Below, in pieces: positions 29,898 through 39,950 of a DNA stretch of 64,000 nt. The notes beneath the pieces are model-generated. The model saw nothing but the letters and a program-made list of their open reading frames with translations. It did not search any database and was not told where the DNA came from. Position 1 is the stretch's first letter. Every line of letters begins with the position of its first letter. This DNA comes from Candidatus Latescibacterota bacterium (GTDB lineage Bacteria; Latescibacterota; UBA2968; GCA-2709665), in the NCBI GenBank assembly GCA_965116875.1, contig OZ220733.1, positions 640,001 to 704,000 on the forward strand. The letters run 5' to 3'. The translations under genes and the position numbers were made by a program.

Positions 29898-30425
29898 TCA
29901 GACATTTTGCAGCAGAACCAGGTAGACCAGCAGGAGGATGAGGAGCAGTGTGACGGCGAAGCACGTTTTCACGAAAAGATCCTTTGCCCTGTTCCGGTGC
30001 GCGTTGTCGCCGATAGGCAGCGCAGGCGCGGACGGTTCCGGTATCGACCCCGAAAACCGCTCCTGTTCGATGAGCTGTTCAAGTTTCGGATCGCACTCCC
30101 GGATGACCCTGAGAATGAGGCGCTTGTTTCGGGCCGCCCGCTCTGCGTATCGCCCCTTCAGAGACGAGCGTGCGCCCGCGTCCGGGATAAGAAGATTCGC
30201 GTCGTCACTCGATCCGGACGCGTCTTCAACCAGGCTCAGCGCCCGGGCCCTGGCGAGTTGTTCGGTGAGTCTGCGGGTTTGTTTCCTGTCGTGTACGTTT
30301 TCGCGGATAACCCTGCCGCAGATGCGCACGAAGCGTTCCATGTCTGCTCTGATTTCACCTTCGGTAAGACCGGAGAGATAGGACTCCTCGATCATCTCGT
30401 CGATGCTTTCGCGGATATCCGGCAT
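29898..30425 (-). CDS. Hypothetical protein with C-terminal TM anchor
   Basis: 175-aa ORF closely following nnr; hydrophobic C-terminus FAVTLLLILLLVYLVLL. Confidence 0.6.
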   Translation of the reverse strand: MPDIRESIDEMIEESYLSGLTEGEIRADMERFVRICGRVIRENVHDRKQTRRLTEQLARARALSLVEDASGSSDDANLLIPDAGARSSLKGRYAERAARNKRLILRVIRECDPKLEQLIEQERFSGSIPEPSAPALPIGDNAHRNRAKDLFVKTCFAVTLLLILLLVYLVLLQNV

Positions 30426-30437
30426 TGGATCTGGTTC

Positions 30438-32045
30438 TCAGTTTAACGTAGGAAACTGAATATATCGTCCTCTGTCCGCGCCTGTTTCAATGACGCGCAG
30501 GGCCCCCGGCAACGCCGCCGCGACGTCACCGGCGATCAGTCCGGCCTCACCCAGGCGTTCGGCGCACAGGTCCCCGGCCAGCCCGTGCAGGTAGACACCA
30601 AGACAGGCTGCAGATTCGGGGTCCAGGCCCTGGCCGATCAGTGCCGCGAGAATTCCGGTGAGTACGTCTCCGGATCCGCCCGAGGCCATGCCGGCATTCC
30701 CGCTGGGATTGATGTACGTGCGGCCGCCGGGCACGGCCACGACGGTTGGGGCGCCCTTGAGGACGACGATGACGCCGGCCTCGCCTGCCAGTGTCTGCGC
30801 CGAGCCGACGGGATCCGAACATACGTCCTCGCTGCCGATTCCGGTAAGACGCGCGAATTCCCCGGGGTGGGGCGTCACAACGGTCGGCGCCTTCCGCGTC
30901 TTCAGGTTTTCCGGCGCTCCCGCAAACGCGTTGATGCCGTCGGCATCCAGAATGAGCGGCGCCCGGATTTCGGGAACGATCCGCCGGACCAGTTCGACGG
31001 TTTCCCGGTGCGTGCCCAGCCCGGGTCCCATCGCGACGCAGTCTGCCGCCGCGACCAGTCTCTGAACGTCGCCACGGGCGCGAAGGGCGAGGCAGCGGTG
31101 TTTCCGGACCTCGGGAAGCGGATGCGTCATCGCTTCCGTGACCTTGACTTCAAGGATATCGTTCAGGCTCTCCGGCACGCCGACCCGGACCAGACCGGCG
31201 CCGGATCTGAGCGCCCCCTGCGCCGATAGCGCCGCGGCGCCCGTGAAACCCGCTGAACCTGCGAGGATGACCACCCGGCCGCAATCGCCCTTGTGGGCGT
31301 CCGGCGGACGTCGCGGCAGCAGCGACGCGCCTCCGTGCGCTGCGATGAGATGAACGTTGACCTTTTCGGCGGCGACGGCAGCGGGGGGCAGTCCGATGTC
31401 GGCGCAATAAAGGCTGCCGCAAAACGACCGGCCCGGAAAGCGAAACTGCCCGATCTTGGGGATTCCGAAGGTAACCGTGCGCGTTGCAACGGTACAGATC
31501 CCATCCGCACGGCCGGTGTCGACATCCAGCCCGGACGGAACGTCTACGGCCAGGACGGGACAGGCAGCGTCCCGAAGCGTTTCGATTGCGCCGGCGATCA
31601 GCCCTCGGGGTCCGCCCCGAATTCCGGTACCAAGGAGGGCGTCTACCGCAGCAGACGCATTGGAAAGCGCAGGCCGGATTCGTTCAAGATCTTGAAATTC
31701 AACGATTTCTTGAATTTCAAGGCCGTTCTTCCGGGCCTGACTCAGGTGGTGAAGGGCGTCACCCGTGACCTGGTCTTCCATTGCCAGCAGAAAGGCGGAA
31801 ACCGAAGCGCCGGCAGCCGCGGCGAGGTCCGCGATTACGAACCCGTCGCCGCCGTTGTTGCCCTTGCCGCACAGGACGACGATTTGTTTGCCCTGAAAGC
31901 CGCCGACGAGGTCGTCCAGTACCCGGGCGGCGGCGCGCCCCGCATTCTCCATCAGCCGGATGCCGGAAACCCCGCGTTCGACGGCGCCGCGGTCTATACG
32001 GGCCATCTGTGCGCCGGTTACGAGCCTGGCGTGAACCTGGGGCAC
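30438..32045 (-). CDS. nnr: Bifunctional NAD(P)H-hydrate epimerase/dehydratase
   Basis: LMENAG, CGKGNNGGDG, DALLGTG, DVPSG (YjeF_N); HKGDCG, TPHPGEF, LKGA, MASGGSGDVLTG (NnrD). Confidence 0.93.
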   Translation of the reverse strand: MPQVHARLVTGAQMARIDRGAVERGVSGIRLMENAGRAAARVLDDLVGGFQGKQIVVLCGKGNNGGDGFVIADLAAAAGASVSAFLLAMEDQVTGDALHHLSQARKNGLEIQEIVEFQDLERIRPALSNASAAVDALLGTGIRGGPRGLIAGAIETLRDAACPVLAVDVPSGLDVDTGRADGICTVATRTVTFGIPKIGQFRFPGRSFCGSLYCADIGLPPAAVAAEKVNVHLIAAHGGASLLPRRPPDAHKGDCGRVVILAGSAGFTGAAALSAQGALRSGAGLVRVGVPESLNDILEVKVTEAMTHPLPEVRKHRCLALRARGDVQRLVAAADCVAMGPGLGTHRETVELVRRIVPEIRAPLILDADGINAFAGAPENLKTRKAPTVVTPHPGEFARLTGIGSEDVCSDPVGSAQTLAGEAGVIVVLKGAPTVVAVPGGRTYINPSGNAGMASGGSGDVLTGILAALIGQGLDPESAACLGVYLHGLAGDLCAERLGEAGLIAGDVAAALPGALRVIETGADRGRYIQFPTLN

Positions 32046-32279
32046 CGGGCCTCCGTGGGATGCTGTCTGAATACCCCCGGCGGTCTTTGTGCGCCTGCAA
32101 ACGCCGGCAGAAACCGGACCACCCGGGAACGCCTCAAACTTGCCTAATAATACAGGAATCTCCCGGTCGGCGCAACTCCAATTTTTGACAGCTGAAACCG
32201 GCGGAAACAGACGATTTCATGGGTCAAAAACGAGAGTGACCGGGCGGCCGTCCGAGCGTGGTTTCCGGAGACAAAGATC

Positions 32280-32307
32280 TTGACAGGGAACACCCGTTTT
32301 CTATAGT
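32280..32307 (+). promoter_or_regulatory. Sigma70 promoter for tRNA-Ser(TGA)
   Basis: TTGACA-N16-TATAGT about 45 bp upstream of the tRNA. Confidence 0.6.
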
Positions 32308-32353
32308 TTTCCCACTGGACCGCCGCAGATATCAGGCCTGTATTCAAAGTGAC

Positions 32354-32442
32354 GGTGGGGTGACGGAGTGGTCGAACGTGGCGGTCTTGAAAACCGTTGA
32401 TCCTTACCGGATCCGTGGGTTCGAATCCCACCCCCACCGCCA
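32354..32442 (+). tRNA. tRNA-Ser(TGA)
   Basis: Acceptor GGTGGGG/CCCCACC, anticodon loop CTTGAAA, long variable arm, TTCGAAT, encoded CCA. Confidence 0.95.
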
Positions 32443-32545
32443 TAACCATGAAACACGTCATGGTTTTCCTTCGGCCATGCTTCGGGAAAGACCTTCAATC
32501 GTCTTTCGCGGTTCTGCGCGTCCGCCCCGAAGTCGCAGGTTTTCC

Positions 32546-32574
32546 TTGATTTCACAGACGTCTTTTGGTAGTAT
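32546..32574 (+). promoter_or_regulatory. Sigma70 promoter for tRNA-Ser(GCT)
   Basis: TTGATT-N17-TAGTAT about 23 bp upstream of the tRNA. Confidence 0.45.
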
Positions 32575-32597
32575 TAAATTCCTTTTGAATCGTTTCC

Positions 32598-32690
<93 letters not shown>

Positions 32691-32928
32691 AAAAACAAGC
32701 GGCACTGAGAAAGAAGAAGGAAGAGGGCCACGCCCCTCGTCCCGATGGTTCAGTGACGTTTCTTACGTCCTGTTTCGCGCGTCAGGCTGCCGACCGTGGA
32801 AGGTTCATGGTGAGAGTTTCAGCGCCGACACGTCGGCGATTCGCGAAACGCTTACTACGAAACCGACATCGGCGTGGACATCGCTGTTCTCGTCTCACGT
32901 CCTATCTCTCAAGTCTCACCGATTCTTA

Positions 32929-34368
32929 ATGTCCGATCCCGTTCTTCGATTCGCGCCGTCGCCCACGGGCGGATTTCACGTGGGCAACGCCCGCACTGCG
33001 CTGTTCAATTTTCTCTACGTCCGGCATTACGGCGGGCAGTTGCATCTGCGCATTGAAGATACGGATCGCAACCGGTCCACGGACGCCGCTCTCCAGACCA
33101 TACAGGACGGACTGGACTGGCTGGGGATTGAGTTTCACGGCCAGCCGGTGTTTCAGTCCGGGAACGCGCCTGCGCACCGAAAAGCGGTTGACCGGCTGCT
33201 GGAAACCGGACACGCGTATTACGCCTACGAAACCCCGGAGGAAGTGCGAGCCCTGCAGCAGCAGGCGCAGGCGGAGGGGCGGAGGGTTCGGTACAACAGG
33301 GACCTGACGCCGGAACAACGTGCGGTTTTCGAGGCCGAGGGGCGGCCGAAGACGGTCCGCTTCAGGGTTCCCGCAGGTGAGACGGTCTGGCAGGATCCCA
33401 TCCGGGGCGCGCAGCGATGGGACAACGTCGAGGTCGAGGATTTCATCGTCCTGCGCGCGGACGGATCTCCGATTTACCATCTGGCGGTGGTTGTAGACGA
33501 CCACGATCTGGGCGTGACGCTGGTGATCCGGGGCGCGGAACACCTTTCCAATACGCCCAAGCAGGTGATGCTCTTGCAAGCGCTGGGTTGGGTGGTCCCG
33601 GCATACGCGCATACGACGTTGCTGATGGGCACGGATGGGAGAAAGCTGAGCAAGCGCCTTGGCGCGACGACCGTCACTGAATACCGGCAGCAGGGCATCC
33701 TGCCTGAAGCGTTGTTCAATTTTCTGGCGCTTCAGGGCTGGTCTCCCGGGGACGACCGGGAGGTCTTCACACAAGAGGAATTGATCGAGGCGTTTTCCGT
33801 TGAAGGAATGCTCAGCAAGAACGCGGTATTCGACGAGCGGAAGCTGGTCTGGCTGAACGGCGAACACCTCAGGTTGAAACCGGTTTCCGAACTCTTGCAA
33901 ACGGCGCTGAGTCTTTGGATTGACGCGGGATGGATAGCGGCGGAAGACGCGGAGACCCGGCGGTCGATCCTGCTCAGGGCCGTAAAACTGATGCAGCCGC
34001 GCATCCGGACCGTGCGGGATTTCCTGAATTTCGAGTACTTCTTCAACGATCCGGAATCATACGAGGAAAAGGCCCGAAAAAAACACTGGAAGGTCGACAG
34101 CCCGTCCCGGCTGGAGTTGCTGATCGACAGGCTGGAAGCGTTGTCCGACTTCAGCGAACGGGAAATCGAAGGCGCCACGCGCACGCTGTCCGGACAGTTG
34201 GGTATCTCCACCGGAAAGCTGATCCATCCCACACGTCTCGTACTCAGCGGCACGAACACGGGGCCGGGACTGTTCGAAATGATGGATGTTCTGGGACAGG
34301 AAACGTGTATCCGGCGGATGAAGACGGGCCTGGAACGACTGGGACGAAGGGAGACCATTTCGCAATAG
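32929..34368 (+). CDS. gltX: Glutamate--tRNA ligase
   Basis: RFAPSPTG.FHVGNAR, LRIEDTD, VVDD, KLSKR, C-terminal anticodon-binding domain. Confidence 0.95.
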   Translation: MSDPVLRFAPSPTGGFHVGNARTALFNFLYVRHYGGQLHLRIEDTDRNRSTDAALQTIQDGLDWLGIEFHGQPVFQSGNAPAHRKAVDRLLETGHAYYAYETPEEVRALQQQAQAEGRRVRYNRDLTPEQRAVFEAEGRPKTVRFRVPAGETVWQDPIRGAQRWDNVEVEDFIVLRADGSPIYHLAVVVDDHDLGVTLVIRGAEHLSNTPKQVMLLQALGWVVPAYAHTTLLMGTDGRKLSKRLGATTVTEYRQQGILPEALFNFLALQGWSPGDDREVFTQEELIEAFSVEGMLSKNAVFDERKLVWLNGEHLRLKPVSELLQTALSLWIDAGWIAAEDAETRRSILLRAVKLMQPRIRTVRDFLNFEYFFNDPESYEEKARKKHWKVDSPSRLELLIDRLEALSDFSEREIEGATRTLSGQLGISTGKLIHPTRLVLSGTNTGPGLFEMMDVLGQETCIRRMKTGLERLGRRETISQ

Positions 34369-34395
34369 ACCAACAATAGGAATGACGAATATGGC

Positions 34396-34469
34396 TGCCC
34401 CCTCGTCTAATGGCAAGACATGCGGCTCTGGACCGTAGTATCGGGGTTCGAATCCCTGGGGGGCAGCCA
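34396..34469 (+). tRNA. tRNA-Gln(CTG)
   Basis: TGCCCCC/GGGGGCA acceptor, anticodon loop CTCTGGA, TTCGAAT, CCA. Confidence 0.95.
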
Positions 34470-34599
34470 AATTTTGTCCATAAACGCAGTGGTCGTGGGC
34501 ATATCGTACCTATTTTTCTTGAAATTTGCCAAAAAATAACAGGATTTCCAATCCCGTAACCGTTTTGTCGGGAAGTGCGATATCTGAACGCAACAAGAA

Positions 34600-34912
34600 T
34601 ACACCCACATACAAGCTTGCAGGATGTGCGTCTCTTGTCGAACGGTACCACCCTGACGTTATTCCGAACTTGCATTCCTCCGTCGTGACCACCAGAGCAA
34701 ATCGAACGATTGACTCCCGATACGGAATGGTCAAGGAATCCTTCCCACCCAGGTATTGGCCCAAGGATACGCCGGGCGACCGCCTGGAATTCGCTCTCAT
34801 GTATAGCGGGACAGATCTCGCTATTCTCGCTACGCTGTTTGAGAATGGGAATTACATACAATCGAAAACAAGAGAGCGTACGCAGGGCCCGTACTTCCGA
34901 AACTCAGTATAG
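34600..34912 (+). pseudogene. N-terminal fragment of a Fic-family protein
   Basis: AGCASLVERY..VIPNLH...YWPKDTPGDRLEFALMYSGTDLAILATLF resembles the N-terminus of long Fic proteins (recognised from memory); ends long before any Fic motif. Confidence 0.55.
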
Positions 34913-35053
34913 CAAAGTCGAGCTGTTTCTCAGGGGGTGCACATTCGGTCCGGTATTGCACGAGCAGGACGTTTGTATTACATTTGAGGACGTCGACGCC
35001 TTCGTTTGACGATTAGAAATGCGATCACCTGCCTGCCCCGGCCGAAGAAGGAC

Positions 35054-35083
35054 TTGACAAGAGGCCGATGTTACATTTAAAAT
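35054..35083 (+). promoter_or_regulatory. Sigma70-like promoter
   Basis: TTGACA-N18-TAAAAT upstream of the ORF at 35229. Confidence 0.4.
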
Positions 35084-35228
35084 TCCCTGGCCTCACTCGT
35101 CGAATTCAAAACATATGAACACACGTTCATCCTCCCCGACGCTGTGTTTGTAGGAATACCTATACCCGCAACGTCGGGATGTCCCCGCGTGCGGGTTTTT
35201 CAGTGTGCTCCATAGAGGGGGTGACTGA

Positions 35229-35751
35229 CATGCCGGATTGGCTCAATACACCAGTAATCGTTATCGCCGTCCTCGCCGTCTGTACAGTATTGGTGAAAAT
35301 TGGCATGTGGGTAGGAGGCGTAAACAGTGATCGAAGGACATTCGATTCTTTTATAGACGAGGTTAAAACGGATATCAAGGAAATCAAAAACAACATCACT
35401 CGAATTATCATTCAACTCGCCCAGCGCCCCGCGTTTGTCGCAGGCAGCCCACTACAGCTCACAGATTTCGGAGAAGAAATTTCCTCGGATATAGAGGCCA
35501 AAAAGTGGGCCGAAAAACTCGCCCCGTACGTAAAGAAGGAAATCGAAGCTGAAGACAGCCCTGTTGACACGGACTACGATGTCCAGGAATACTGCGTATA
35601 CTACACCCAACACAATGAACTTGATGCTGATCTGGTTCGGGCGATCAAGAATTCTGCCTTTAATTGAGGCATGGATGCCGAGATCGTGCAGAGGGTTTTC
35701 GCCATTGTGTTGCGAGACAAACTTCTCGAAGTCATGTCATCCGAGAAATAG
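35229..35751 (+). pseudogene. Membrane-anchored hypothetical protein interrupted by in-frame TGA (35665-35667)
   Basis: MPDWLNTP..TM..coiled coil..SPLQLTDFGEEIS; the same frame continues after TGA as GMDAEIVQRVFAIVLRDKLLEVMSSEK*. Confidence 0.55.
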
Positions 35752-35792
35752 GCGTAACTGCACAACCGAAAATCGGAATCTCCTTTTCTCGT

Positions 35793-35961
35793 CAATATCC
35801 GCGGAAAAGACGGCAGGACGTACACCATGGTAGCGGAACGCCCCAACGAGCCCCCGCCGGACGTTCCATCGATCCAGGCGGATATTACGACTCGTGATGT
35901 CGTCAGCCTCATCAGAGGGCAGAGGCGCAGAATCCGAGGGCAGCGCCAGCGCAACAGATGA
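35793..35961 (+). pseudogene. Fragment of small type II antitoxin-like (Phd/YefM) protein
   Basis: Hand translation IRGKDGRTYTMVAE..PPDVPSIQADITTRDVVSLIRGQR resembles the C-terminal half of short antitoxins; N-terminus missing and no toxin gene seen. Confidence 0.4.
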
Positions 35962-36460
35962 ATTTGGAAAGACTCGGAACCGACGGGTTACTCCATACCT
36001 CCGGCGCGGTCCCGGATTCGCTGTAAAAAATGCCGCCGCTTTCGCACAACGCGAGAGCGGCGGCGTCTTATTTTCCGGACAGAGGGACGGGACGGTTATC
36101 GAGTCGTGCGGTCCGCCAACACGATGACCCCGCTTGCGATCATCTGCCGTATCCTGGGCCACCATGTATTGGCACGAACGGCCAAAACATAACCCGACCG
36201 TCGAAAGGCACAATTAACCGAAGCTGTCTGGTGGCCGTCAACAGATCGGTTGCGTAAGGACGAAACGTATCGCAAAACGCGCCAGCTATGGGTAAGCACG
36301 TGGCGGTTTCAGAGGGAACTCAATTCTAACATACACCGAAAGCAAAGTCGATTTGATGCTGGAGTTGCAAGGGATCAAGGTCACTGGCCAGAAGCGCAGA
36401 AAACTTCCATAAGTACGTCATGCGAAGTCAAACGAGATATAGTCATGGAGATAGGCCGAG

Positions 36461-38113
36461 TCATTTCGGTACAAAGCTGTAGCTGATTCCGACTCCAATG
36501 CCACTCTTGAAATGCTTCTGGGTCGGTACCGTGTCGAGTCCTTCGATCTTTTGAATACCCTGTGTTAAGTTCTCTTGCAACGTGGTAACTCGGCCGACAT
36601 GAACACCGACGGTTACCAGGAGACACCTTTTGATTCTTACACTGCCGCCAACGATATACTCAACATTTGATCCATGTTCGCCTCCGAGGTTTGCGAGTGC
36701 GCCACCTAAACTCAGGTGCATATCAAAGTGATCTGAACAATGCCAGGGTAGGAGCATATTGACCAGTACTCCCGGTATCGCCCGATACTTCGACCGATTG
36801 TTGAATCCGATCACCTCCGATGTCTTTATGTTGCCTTGCGCATCAAGCATTGGTCGGAAGTCGTACTCTTTGTCAATGATTCTGCTCATAAAGACTCCAA
36901 AACTGAAAGAGAGCGGGTGCTCACAAACGAACGTAACCAAGGGCAACTCCTCCACTTTGGCCTTTTTCGTCTGCGCCGTGTCAGCTTCATCAGGCGGGAA
37001 TAAGTCGAAAACCAACAAGGTCAGATTCTCTTTTCGAGGCCTGGGACCAATGTTAATCGACTCCGTGATCTTGGACTGCGTGCGTTCGTGAATTTGGAGG
37101 GCGGTGCGAAGATGCTCTGCGATTTCCGCGATCTGCTGCTCGGCTCGCAGCCACTTCGGTTTAACTGCTTCGATCCGTCTCACGATGCTGTCAAGGTTTG
37201 TTTTTTCGACACGCGCCAATGCTGCTTCGGTTTGTCTCAGTTTGCCGTCAAGTTCAGCTGCTTCAACCAATGCCAATGCTTTTTCGACCTTTTTCAGTTT
37301 ACCGTCAACTCTTGGTGCCACGGTCGCCTGCGCCAACTCTGCTTCGGTCCGACTCAGGGCACTGTCAAGTGTCGCTTTGCTGGCGAGGAAGATACGTTCT
37401 TTCAAAGAGGCCAACCGGTTCTTCAGAGCATCAGTTCCAGGCCAAATCGGTATGTTCTTCGTGTTCCTTGTTTCTTCTATGAGTCGTCTGCACCTGGCCA
37501 TTAGTGTGTCGCTTGCTAGTCTTCCGCTATCAGCGATAAAAGCGCGTAGTTTTCGAACTCGTTCCGCAGTGGCTCGCTGGGCACTGTCGGCCTGAGTTGC
37601 CGTCTGCAAGATCATGGTTACAAGACTTACGTCCCCACATTTTATGCGCGACGGAATTTGGGCTAAAACCACATCGGGCGTGAAAGGCAGAAGCTTGAGC
37701 AAATTAGGTGTGTTTGTCGGTGGTACATTCGTAGGTTCAGCTTGATTCTTGTTGGCAGCGTTAGAGGTCAGGGACGGCAGAAGCTTGAGCACATTTGGAG
37801 CGTCAATCTCCGTAACGTGACGGCCAATCCTGTATCGGTAGCGAACCCAATTTAGATCCTTCACCGTGATCGTTGCTTGGCCGCGAACTGGCACTTCGCC
37901 GAAGGAACCGTGGGACGTTAGGGCGGAGAAAGTTAAATTGGTTCCGGCAAGCAGAGGCGCGGGGGATCCCGCGAGCGACAGCATTGCAAAGCCAGCGAAG
38001 AGTAAGGACTTGAGCAAATTGCAATTTATCCACTTCGGTTTTGGGCATCGGAACAGCGGGATTGTAGCCGAAATGGAATGACTCACGCAGCGATGTTTTG
38101 GCTTCCATGTCAT
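36461..38113 (-). CDS. Secreted coiled-coil protein with C-terminal beta-strand-rich (barrel-like) domain
   Basis: Hydrophobic signal-like stretch, long helical middle, alternating C-terminal strands ending GIGVGISYSF; lower GC than flanks; start uncertain. Confidence 0.65.
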   Translation of the reverse strand: MTWKPKHRCVSHSISATIPLFRCPKPKWINCNLLKSLLFAGFAMLSLAGSPAPLLAGTNLTFSALTSHGSFGEVPVRGQATITVKDLNWVRYRYRIGRHVTEIDAPNVLKLLPSLTSNAANKNQAEPTNVPPTNTPNLLKLLPFTPDVVLAQIPSRIKCGDVSLVTMILQTATQADSAQRATAERVRKLRAFIADSGRLASDTLMARCRRLIEETRNTKNIPIWPGTDALKNRLASLKERIFLASKATLDSALSRTEAELAQATVAPRVDGKLKKVEKALALVEAAELDGKLRQTEAALARVEKTNLDSIVRRIEAVKPKWLRAEQQIAEIAEHLRTALQIHERTQSKITESINIGPRPRKENLTLLVFDLFPPDEADTAQTKKAKVEELPLVTFVCEHPLSFSFGVFMSRIIDKEYDFRPMLDAQGNIKTSEVIGFNNRSKYRAIPGVLVNMLLPWHCSDHFDMHLSLGGALANLGGEHGSNVEYIVGGSVRIKRCLLVTVGVHVGRVTTLQENLTQGIQKIEGLDTVPTQKHFKSGIGVGISYSFVPK

Positions 38114-38531
38114 GCTATACCTCTTTCATCGTTTTGGCGGATAGTGACCCGCTGAGTTACAAAGACTTACGTTCATCTTTGACAGAAAGTCCACGACCCT
38201 GACCACACGAGTCCCTTCGAAGAGCGACATGCCAATGACCCGCCACCAATTCGGACGAGGATTGGCCATTTGTAAAAATGGGACTTCCCTACATAAACAC
38301 TCATTTAAGCATCGATATATTGAAAACTCTGTTCTGGCGAGATCACTCCTTGGAACTTCGACTAAGTCGATTTTGACTTTGGTGAGTGGACTCAACCGCA
38401 TGTCGGAACTTAACTTTCCGGTAGGGGCAAATTGAGTCTTGTCTATTGTTTTTCGCCAGCGTACGGGTTATCCAGCGCGCGAAGGTTTCGTCGTATGCTT
38501 TCGACTTAATAGGCTTATAACCGATGCGATC

Positions 38532-38957
38532 CTATTTCTGAAGCATACACTCACATCCCATCCACAACTTGACAAGGTCTCCGGTCTTATTTTGCAGTAA
38601 GCGTATGCGGGTGCGCAGGTGTTCTATGTCTGAACACTGGGATTTATTACTAATGTTGGTGATGGAGTCGATCTTTGTATGCAGTACTCCAATAGATCTG
38701 TGGACGCTGTCCTCGTGGGCCTGAACGGTATCAATGAGCGCGTTTAAGCTTGAATCCAAGTTGGTAATGATAATTCTCAAGGAGTCGACCGTTGCTTCAA
38801 CTGGGCTTACGGTTTTGTTCTCTACGTAGATGACACCGTATAAACCGCCCGAAAAAGCACAGATGAAGAGGATAATTTCCAAGAAGTATTTCATTATGAT
38901 TTTCCGAAATACGAACTCAAGAACGCTCATAATCAAGCCACCGATGCCATTCATCAA
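38532..38957 (-). CDS. Hypothetical single-TM coiled-coil protein
   Basis: TM FLEIILFICAFSGGLYGVIY followed by heptad pattern; AT-richer codon use. Confidence 0.55.
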   Translation of the reverse strand: MMNGIGGLIMSVLEFVFRKIIMKYFLEIILFICAFSGGLYGVIYVENKTVSPVEATVDSLRIIITNLDSSLNALIDTVQAHEDSVHRSIGVLHTKIDSITNISNKSQCSDIEHLRTRIRLLQNKTGDLVKLWMGCECMLQK

Positions 38958-39243
38958 ATACCCCCGAATTAGGCCAAGTTCAGAGAGTTGCGATCCAATG
39001 TGGACGTACGCGGTACGACCTGAACCGACCGGTTGGGTTCAGGACAGCTTTGCCCTGAGCGCTTGAAAAGCAATTTTCGGTATTTTGCAGTGGGCGACCC
39101 GCGGGCCTCCGCAGCTATTACAGCCGCAGTGCAAGAGAGCAACGGCATGTTCGCCGGGACCCTCGCTTTCGCGGTGCTATTGCGCAATCAAGCCATGCCT
39201 ACGGGTACCTGCATACGGCGGCGAGCACGACAACTGTGCTCGT

Positions 39244-39950
39244 TACATGATGTTTTCCCGCGAATTGTGAGGTGTGTCAGCTTTTGCGGTATTGTCCTGC
39301 CTATCCTATTTATCCATGTTTCCCGAATTCAAACCGACATTTGCGCTTGTTGATTCTTGGTTTTGACGTTCGCCGTTTGTTTCATGGCGAGGGCTGACGG
39401 CTGCAAGCTAACGGCTTTTTACGGTTCAACCGTCCGGGCAACACGGAAACCGACGTCGCTGATGTAGTCCCGATAGTCAGCAGAATCCCTGCCGCGATAG
39501 CCGGCGCGGAAATACTGTGGGCTATAGTTCCACGATCCGCCGCGAATCACGCGATACGAACAGTCGCCGCGTTCCCACGCCGCCCCGTCCGCAGGCGCGC
39601 CAATCGGCCTTTATACATGATGTTTTTCCTCGAATGGCCAGGTTTGTCGGTTTTGGGGTCTTGTCCTGCCTCTCTGGTTCATTCATGTTTCCCGAGTTCG
39701 CACCAACGTGCGTGCTTCTTGATTCTTGGCTTCGCTGTTGGTTTTCTGCCTCAAGCTGTACGCTGACAGTTTCTTATGGCGTAAGCGTCCGGGCAACTCG
39801 AAAACCGATGGCGTAGTGCCGGTTCGTGGTAGCGTACTCGCTGCGAATCGCCGAGCGGAGGTGAATGGGAGGGGCGGACCACGAACCGCCGCGGATAACG
39901 CGACGCGAGCAATCGTCTCTCTCCCACGCCGAGCCGTCCGCAGGCGCTCC
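39244..39950. repeat. Diverged tandem duplication (period about 350-370 bp) of gene 3' tip plus downstream spacer
   Basis: TACATGATGTTTT at 39244 and 39614; TTGATTCTTGG, CGTCCGGGCAAC and CCGTCCGCAGGCGC each occur once per unit. Confidence 0.8.
39419..39601 (-). pseudogene. Orphan C-terminal FGE/C-lectin tip (60 codons, no start)
   Basis: GAPADGAAWERGDCSYRVIRGGSWNYSPQYFRAGYRGRDSADYRDYISDVGFRVARTVEP*; in-frame TAA four codons upstream. Confidence 0.85.

Noticed and set aside
34392-34469. 5' leader TGGC pairing with tRNA-Gln 3' GCCA
   Set aside because: A short extension of the acceptor stem in the precursor; not evidence of an unusual tRNA.
38126-38401. 91-aa ORF between the two island genes
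   Set aside because: No RBS or recognisable motif; could be real but is not supportable.
39419-39950. Complete DGR (TR/VR pair) in this window
   Set aside because: Differences include many non-adenine and synonymous changes plus an indel; neither copy is AAC-rich; no reverse transcriptase is present.
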